Shown here piece by piece: positions 58,809-64,000 of a stretch of 64,000 nt of DNA. Within the stretch, counting starts at the first letter, position 1. Every line of letters starts with the position of its first letter. The stretch lies in assembly GCF_009914755.1 (NCBI RefSeq), contig NC_060947.1. One strand, written 5' to 3'. The DNA is from the human T2T-CHM13v2.0 reference genome, Homo sapiens. A program made the translations under genes and the position numbers. Under the pieces are notes generated by a model that did no database searches, was not told the origin of the DNA, and saw only the letters and a list, made by a program, of their open reading frames with translations.

Positions 58809-59287
58809 TCACATCTTTCATAATATATCACTTCTGCTTAGTTAATTTGAGTTATATCAGTCTTTGTTTAGAGTTCTTCAAGGCAAACTGCTATGTCAAT
58901 GTGTTTGAATAATGTATCACCAAACATTAAGTGAAAAATACCAAAAGGACTATTAGAGCCATGGGACATAGTTTTTTCTTGGATATTGAGAACTTTCCTG
59001 ATTTATTTCAAAAAAAATATTTCAGGAAGACCAAGGGAAAAAAAAAACTCTTAAAACTTATTTTGCACAATGGACTGGATTTTTTTAAAAATCTGTATAT
59101 TCTTTATGTGCTTTGCTACTAAAAACTTCAAACATTGCTTTGTAGAAATTTGCAATTAAAACAGATTCATTAAAAGGAAAGTTATTTTTAGGTAATTTAT
59201 GACTACGCAGAAAATGCTCAGAAATCAATGAAGGTTAATTACACCATAGTAGTTGTTTTTGTTCTATGTAAAAATGTAATTTGTCAC

Positions 59288-59579
59288 CTTTTTTTCCCCC
59301 TGAGGCAGAGTCTCACTGTCGCCAAGGCTGGAGTGCAGTTGCACCATCTCTGCTCACTGCTACCTCTGCCTCCTGGGTTCAAGCTATTCTCGTGCCTCAG
59401 CCTCCCGACTAGCTAGGACTACAGGTGTGAACCAACGTACCCGGCTAATTTGTGTATTTTTAGTAGAGAAGAGGTTTTGCTGTTTTGGCCAGGCTGGTCT
59501 TGAACTCCTGGCCTCAAGAGATCCGCCCACTCCAGCCTCCCAAAGTTCTGGGATTACAGGCGTGAGCTGTTGCCCTGGC
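59288..59579 (-). mobile_element. Alu (AluS)
   Basis: Full Alu, flanked by taatttgtcac / taatttgttac. Confidence 0.93.
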
Positions 59580-60299
59580 TAATTTGTTACTTTCTTCTTG
59601 AGGTTTTTCTTCTTTAACTTAACATAAAGGAACAAAATGGCAGAGTTCTGGAAGTCAAAGAAATAGAATTTCTGTTATGAGCATTTTCTCTGAGCTATAT
59701 TACTTTCTGGAACCCATCATTGCTATACAAATGTTCTGGTTTTATGTTATTTACAATTATTGTATCTTTAGCTTTGAACATATTTTTCTTTTTTGTTCCT
59801 TATTTCTATGAGGAATGAAGCTACTATTACCTATGATGATTTTAAAATATCATTGTGAGGATCAAATATTGTGATAATGCTTCATGGAACTGCCAAACCC
59901 ATATAAAAACAAGAAATTCTTAACATTGTGGTATTTATTTTTCCTTCTTCATCTGGGGTATATTAAAGATCAAGGCTTATTGGAGATGAATTTGTGACAT
60001 CACCACCTAGGTATCATGCAGGAATCTAAATGAAAGTAACTAAATGAAATAAAAAGAATGTGAATTCTGTATGTTGGACTGTTTAAACATAAAAACATAG
60101 CTACTTCAAATCTGACATGCTTCCCTAAGTTTTAACTTGATGCTTATTGAGGTTATATTTTCTGTCCTTATACAAGAAAATAAAATAATTTCTTCAGACA
60201 GCATAATATACATTACGTATGTTTTAACCTAGGTGAAAATATTAAGTTGTTCTTTTAAATAACGTGTTGAAAAACCACTGTTGCTCATTCTGGGAACCC

Positions 60300-60469
60300 T
60301 TTTTTTTTTTTTTTTTTTTTTTATTATACTCTAAGTTTTAGGGTACATGTGCACATTGTGCAGGTTAGTTACATATGTATACATGTGCCATGCTGGTGCG
60401 CTGCACCCACTAACGTGTCATCTAGCATTAGGTATATCTCCCAATGCTGTCCCTCCCCCCTCCCCCGAC
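60300..60469 (-). mobile_element. Very short human-specific L1HS pre-Ta insertion
   Basis: Pure T23 tail. Minus strand reads GATGACACGTTAGTGGG (ACG) and CTTAGAGTATAAT (G). TSD TCTGGGAACC(TTTTT). Confidence 0.9.
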
Positions 60470-61336
60470 TCTGGGAACCTTTTTATAAATCTGAGGCTCA
60501 AGGAATTCCATTGCTGTTATTAAAAAAAAAAAAAAAAGCCAAAACTTATTTTCTGGGTAGTATCAGTAAACACTCATTTTCTGTATTAAAATAAATAGAT
60601 AAATGAATAATTTCTGAGCTTGAGTAATTTAACCTTTCTGGGCCTCACTTTCTATATCTGTAAAATTAAGGTTTTCTAAATTCTTGTTCAACTCTAATAG
60701 TTCATGATTTTGTAAATCTATGGTCCATCAAAATATGACTCTATCAAGGAGCCCTAAAGTGTGTAGGAAAAGTAAGGCAGTATATCTCTTATGCAAATAG
60801 AAAACCTGAGACATTTTGATTTTGTTAAAGAATTTTGTGCGAACTTGTGGTGGGGTCAATGGGACGTAAGACCTTTCAGAAAAATCATCCATATGGAAAA
60901 AAAGAACTAAAAACTAGTGGAAAAACTGTGAGGTTAACAGCAGTTGAGAGAAATTCCTTCAATGTGAAAGGTAAAATTTGCAGAGATAGAGCAGGCTGGT
61001 GGGGAGAGGGGAGCAATTAAAATCAGTATGATCCTAGTGCCAAATTAGTACTGATCTAAATATAAACTTTGATCAAAGCTGAACTACCTTTTACTTGTGT
61101 TCATTGCCTGCTATTTTTCAATAAGGGGACACTATATTCACTTTGTGCCTAATGGAGCTATTAGGATTTTCATAAAACCCTTTACTAAGAAGGGGGTATA
61201 TACAATAACAAAAGTCAAATATAAACAAGAAATGAGGGAGTGTGTATGGATAATTATATATTGTTTACCAAAATGACATGAATAAAAAGACCAACAGGCA
61301 AGCCCCTTTACCCTTTTGTAGAATTCACCAGCCCGT

Positions 61337-61618
61337 GAGTACAAATGTAGCTTGATACAAGAAATAAGACCTAGTGTTTGATAGATCAGTAGAGTGACTA
61401 TAGATTATAATAATCTATTGTGTATTTCAAAATACCTAAAAGAGAAGAATTTGGATGTTTTGAGCATAAATAAAATATAACTATTTAAGGTAATGGATAT
61501 CCCAGTTACACTAATTTGATCTTTACATATTATATGAATGTATTAAATTATCACATGTACCCCTAGCATATGTACATCTATTATGTATCAATCAAATTTT
61601 TAAAAATTAAAAGAAAAA
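61337..61618 (+). mobile_element. L1MA-type 3' end
   Basis: L1MA 3' UTR text ending in an A-rich tail. Confidence 0.75.
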
Positions 61619-62325
61619 TATAGAATTAAGCAACCCAAACGTCCAGAGGTTAAGTCCTGTAAGAATTCTAGCAAAACTTTTGGTTTAGATATGAACTACC
61701 CCAAGCCTCTGGAACATTTCATTTAGACTTAGTTAAAAATGGATCATGCTAAACTGTATACACTCTCACACACACACAGAAACACATGAAAATGTGAATT
61801 TTAGCAATTATTACCAAGAAAAAATGAATTTTTGTGTGGAGACCCTGGCTGTGAATGTATAAATCAATGGCCCTTGATACCATCACCAAAAGAAATACCA
61901 ATATTCTACTTGAATATTTTCGGTCAGCAGAAAACACCTTGTTCCTTATTTTTACTACAGCTTTATCAGCGCAAGTTTCTTCAACATCTTCAGAATAATT
62001 CATCTACTAAAGATGTACTATCTTTTCTTTCTCCCAAATTCCTTTCAATATCATATTGATTTCTTTTCAACACTTTGGCTTTTTTTTAGGAAGAAACTTA
62101 ATCTGAGAGATCAACTTTGTTTTTTCCCAAGAACCATAGACCAAACTTGAATATTCAAGATGCAAAGCATAAAAATTATTTTGTTCTTAGTCAGTTAACT
62201 AGTAAACAAGTAAACAGTAGCATAAATACTGGTGAAAAGTATTAAATCATTTAGATTTTAGCATCAATCCATAGCATTTAACTGAGTGCCTAGAGTGCCT
62301 TCTTGGTGTTCAGTTTTGTGTCAAG

Positions 62326-62540
62326 GAGGCAGCATTATGTAATGATTAAGAGCATTGGCTCTGAAAACAGATTGAGTTCAAAATCTGACTCTACTTCATA
62401 TTATTTGTATGACCTTATACAAATCACTTTTTATCTGTGTGACTTAGTTTTTCTGATCTGTATGGAAGAAATGTGATCATATATGTAAGGCAGTTAGAAC
62501 AGTGGCTGGCACTGTTAGCTCCCAATAAGTTATTAGGTAT
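62326..62540 (+). mobile_element. MIR
   Basis: gaggcagcattatgtaatgattaagagcattggctctg ... tgtatgacctt ... cagtggctggcac. Confidence 0.7.
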
Positions 62541-62652
62541 CCTTCTACTTAGGGTGAAAATGGAGATTAAACCATGGTCCATACCCAAATAAACTTAGTC
62601 TACCTAAGAAGACATGACATACATAAATGATACAAGGCCAGAGAATATATAT

Positions 62653-62656
<4 letters not shown>

Positions 62657-62702
<46 letters not shown>
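62657..62702. repeat. (TA)n microsatellite
   Basis: Long TA run. Confidence 0.95.
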
Positions 62703-62703
<1 letters not shown>

Positions 62704-63039
62704 TATTAACAGAAACATTATTAAAGCCATTGGGAGTCAAGAATATAGAAGATAAATGTGGACTGGACTTTTATCTAAACCTCATGGAGAAAATGAATAA
62801 CAGTCTGAATATCTAGAGAGGAATGGGGAAATAGCATAGATTGCATAGTGGCAGGAATTAACATAGCTTGTATTAAAGAAGCTTGATTGCCTAAAAAGGG
62901 AAGATACTGGTGAAGTTACCAACAACAAAAGCAGACATAAAGATGGGATCAAATTATGGAGAATTTTAAATGCCAGTCTAAAGAATTAATATTATTGTAC
63001 CTTTTTTCTTGAAGCATAGTTATACTCTGTGTTGTCGCT

Positions 63040-63250
63040 ATTTGTGCATATGGTTTATCTGCCTTACTTGAGTATAAGCTCCTAGATAGAAGGAACCATA
63101 CTAATTTCATTTCTTGATTCCCGTGTATCCCTCTGACTGTGCTCCACCACATACACACACACACAAACACAAACTCACCATAGTGCCTAGCACTGTGTCA
63201 TGTAGTAGGTGTTGAATATGCACTGAATGTGTAAAAGAATGAGTTAGTTG
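63040..63250 (+). mobile_element. L2 3' end
   Basis: taagctcctaga ... tagtgcctagcactgtgtcatgtagtaggtgttgaata. Confidence 0.65.
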
Positions 63251-64000
63251 ACATACAAGTGATCCGTTGATCAATATGGAGTCACTGAGTTATTTAATTA
63301 AGGCTATGGATTCAGGTAAGTACTATTTCAGAAATATTTACCTCATGTTATTTTACAGGCTTGGTAGGAGAGGGTGATTCTAAAGGTAGGCAAACTAGGA
63401 GGTGGCAGGTTGTCAGTATATACTTGGCAATTAAAACTATACCTAGAATTGCATCAGCAAATGTGCAGTTATGAAAAACAGCAATGTATTTATTCATTTA
63501 TTTGGCCTTTTATTGAGACAAGGAGAGGATAGTTTGTGTAGTATAGGATTTAGAACACTGATAAGTTAAGTGGGAATCACCCAGTGCTCCCTGAGAGGCT
63601 TTTGAAAATACTATGGTAAAGATAAATGCATAAAGAAGTGCCTTTCATTTAAAACATCGCCTTTGACTAGGATGGTTGCCAGAAATGTGTATGTGTTTGT
63701 GTTTTTTCTCATATGATAGTAGCATGAAGCTGACTTCCCTTTTACCGCTAGGCTTGAAAAGTTTCAAAAGTCTTTTTTTTTTTTTAAATCCTCACCCAAG
63801 AAACCATGAAGTTCAAGTCTTTTCCAAAATTGGTTAAATGTATTATTTAATTCTTTATCTCAATTCACAGATAAAGATACATATAACAACTATGTGTTAC
63901 CCTCTCTTGCATCGCAGCTTTCAAAGAGTTTCCTATGGTCTCCTTACTACCAAGGAGGTTGTCAGGGAAAAAGAAAAACAAAGAAAGAACATTCTGGCAC

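Overview
Human non-coding-type genomic DNA; the species is inferred from an L1HS pre-Ta insertion and from Alus. It is AT-rich and about 70-75% transposon-derived by eye, and no intact protein-coding gene is visible. The most notable signal is a large, degraded, multi-exon + strand gene that I cannot name. Its exons lie at 3084-3223, 3652-5139 and 45972-48918, with a probable last exon from 49280. They have canonical splice sites with matching reading-frame phases, including across a ~40.8-kb intron filled with transposons. The ancestral product would be a ~1400-aa low-complexity repeat protein (xDSDSE repeats, then D/N/P hexapeptide repeats), now broken by stops, frameshifts and an exonic HERV-W retrocopy mobilised by L1. 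The big intron holds several L1s, a MER41A LTR, a MER61-type solo LTR with a perfect p53 element, three nested ERVs (MER21 > MER61 > HERV-F with a tRNA-Phe PBS), LTR8, L2, MLT1 and a full-length SET (TAF-I alpha) processed pseudogene. Repeat subfamily names come from remembered consensus sequences and need RepeatMasker/Dfam confirmation.
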